Source of the DNA: Octopus bimaculoides
Lineage: Eukaryota
Direction of reading: 5' to 3'
DNA length: 35,846 nt
Assembly: GCF_001194135.2 (NCBI RefSeq)
Contig: NC_068989.1
Location: 74,432,013-74,467,858, forward strand
In this document: positions 34,200 to 35,846 of the stretch, piece after piece
How positions within the stretch are numbered: position 1 is the first letter of the stretch
Layout: each line of letters opens with the position of its first letter
The notes under the pieces: model-generated
Database searches by the model: none
The model's input: the letters and a program-made list of their open reading frames with translations, nothing else
What the model was told of the DNA's origin: nothing
Position numbers and translations under genes: made by a program

Positions 34200-34440
34200 G
34201 TATTCATAATAATAATATGACAACAAAAGAATGAATGAGACCCCGGTATTATGTAAAATAGAGGAATTTATCTATAAATATATGTGAAAATTTGTTGGTT
34301 GTCATAATAAAACTCAGAGTTTCGGATACCGGGGCTGAAGTCTGGTCCGGCATCTCATCAGTTATTAAGACACAACGCTATGAAAGAAATTGCGTCGAAT
34401 AAAGAGAAAATACTCCAATAGGCATGGTGAAAGTAATACT
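34200..34440 (-). mobile_element. Non-coding hammerhead-bearing element between microsatellites (PLE terminal repeat or retrozyme-like)
   Basis: A ~240-bp unique island containing an intact hammerhead. Boundaries are set by the flanking microsatellites. Confidence 0.6.
34298..34376 (-). ncRNA. Type-I hammerhead ribozyme, intact core and long stems I and II
   Basis: GUUGUGUCUUAAUAA CUGAUGA GAUGCCGG ACCAGACUUCAGCC CCGGUAUC C GAAA CUC U GAG UU UUAUUAUGACAAC. Stem I is 6 bp + mismatch + 4 bp, stem II is 8 bp, stem III is ACUC-U-GAGU, and the triplet is GUU. Predicted cleavage is between 34311 and 34310. Confidence 0.85.
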
Positions 34441-34444
34441 TCAT

Positions 34445-34738
34445 TCATACAATCCGCATACGCAAACATATACACATACATACATGTACACACACACACA
34501 CATACACATATATGTATATATATATATATCTATACTCACACACACGTGTACATATACATACAAACACACATATATACATATATATGTGTACGCATACACG
34601 CACTTACACACGCATATATACCCATGCCCGCATCACTACGTTCGTATATACATCTCTACAGGCACACACACATACATACACGGATATACAAAACGTAGTT
34701 TATACGCGTCTATCCGCGTATGTATGTGTATGTGTGAC
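34445..34738. repeat. Degenerate (CA)/(TA) low-complexity tract
   Basis: Directly visible. It explains the H/T/Y/I-rich ORFs. Confidence 0.9.
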
Positions 34739-35118
34739 NNNNNNNNNNNNNNNNNNNNNNNNNNNNNNNNNNNNNNNNNNNNNNNNNNNNNNNNNNNNNN
34801 NNNNNNNNNNNNNNNNNNNNNNNNNNNNNNNNNNNNNNNNNNNNNNNNNNNNNNNNNNNNNNNNNNNNNNNNNNNNNNNNNNNNNNNNNNNNNNNNNNNN
34901 NNNNNNNNNNNNNNNNNNNNNNNNNNNNNNNNNNNNNNNNNNNNNNNNNNNNNNNNNNNNNNNNNNNNNNNNNNNNNNNNNNNNNNNNNNNNNNNNNNNN
35001 NNNNNNNNNNNNNNNNNNNNNNNNNNNNNNNNNNNNNNNNNNGGAATAGTGGAATTAGTTAAAAAACGTGTGACAGAGGATGGAGAATGCCTATGTTATT
35101 ACAAGGTGACAGGCAAGC

Positions 35119-35120
<2 letters not shown>

Positions 35121-35172
<52 letters not shown>
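35121..35172. repeat. (AGAT)n microsatellite
   Basis: Directly visible. Confidence 0.97.
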
Positions 35173-35743
35173 GATGTGCTACAACATTACAAGTTCAAAC
35201 GTTTAGTTTTGTCTTTTTCTTAACACCACTTATGTCGTGTGATCGAAAAGATAAATATATGTTTTTAAAAACCTTCATTCATAATGTTTTAAAAAGCGTC
35301 ATTCGTAAGTATCGCATCAATGTCTATTTTTTTTTTTACTGTTTCGTTTTAATTTCTTTCTTTCACTCTAACGTTTCTATGTATATCATTATTTGTTTCT
35401 CGTGTTATGTTGTTTTCTAAAAGAAACTTGAAATACATGTGTTGATACAATATTTGAATTCCTAGTGTTATATTCTGCTATCGACATATCTATAAAGAAT
35501 TCATATTATAGTATAAATGTTGTTGTTGTTGTTGTTGTTTAGTTTTTCTTGCTTTGTTTTGTTTTTTTAACAATTATTAATCTCTTTGTTTACGTTTCGA
35601 AAATATGTCCTCTGATGCATTACTATAACAATAACGATTGGCAGCTCTTTTTGCCAACCTGTTTAACCTGGTAAGTACGCGTTGAATTCGTACTACAGCT
35701 TACCACCCCATGTCTTAGGGAATGATAGAACGTTTCGATCGAC

Positions 35744-35808
35744 AAATATAACAGGACATAACATATATGTCCTGTTATAACATAAATATAACAGGACACA
35801 ACATATAT
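35744..35808. repeat. Direct-inverted-direct micro-triplication (14-bp perfect hairpin)
   Basis: tataacaggacata (35747-35760) / acata / tatgtcctgttata (35766-35779), then aaatataacaggacacaacatatat (35784-35808) repeats the first copy. Confidence 0.9.
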
Positions 35809-35813
35809 ATACG

Positions 35814-35846
<33 letters not shown>

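Overview
AT-rich eukaryotic non-coding DNA. It has 13 N-gaps (~4.4 kb), mostly abutting microsatellites, and very dense di-, tri- and tetranucleotide repeats. The SINE types and repeat landscape resemble an octopus (cephalopod) draft genome; this is pattern recognition from memory, not a database result. No host gene can be identified with confidence. The window is mainly transposon debris: R4/Dong-type non-LTR fragments nested in microsatellites (one is a chimera), three Penelope-like (PLE) coding fragments, a 5'-truncated Tc1 with DD36E spacing, an internally deleted maT/DD37D-like element, a mariner deletion derivative, two MITE-like elements and several tRNA-derived SINEs. The most notable hidden structure is a set of type-I hammerhead ribozyme motifs with palindromic stem III, read by eye on both strands. 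Two have intact cores (17046-17080 and 34298-34376, both minus strand), two carry one core mutation, and two are decayed. They sit in short non-coding elements that look like PLE terminal repeats or retrozymes. A few long unexplained open frames, best 15458-15823 (minus) with splice-like ends, may be exons or relics of an unidentified gene. Most ORFs in the supplied track are microsatellite or N-gap artefacts.
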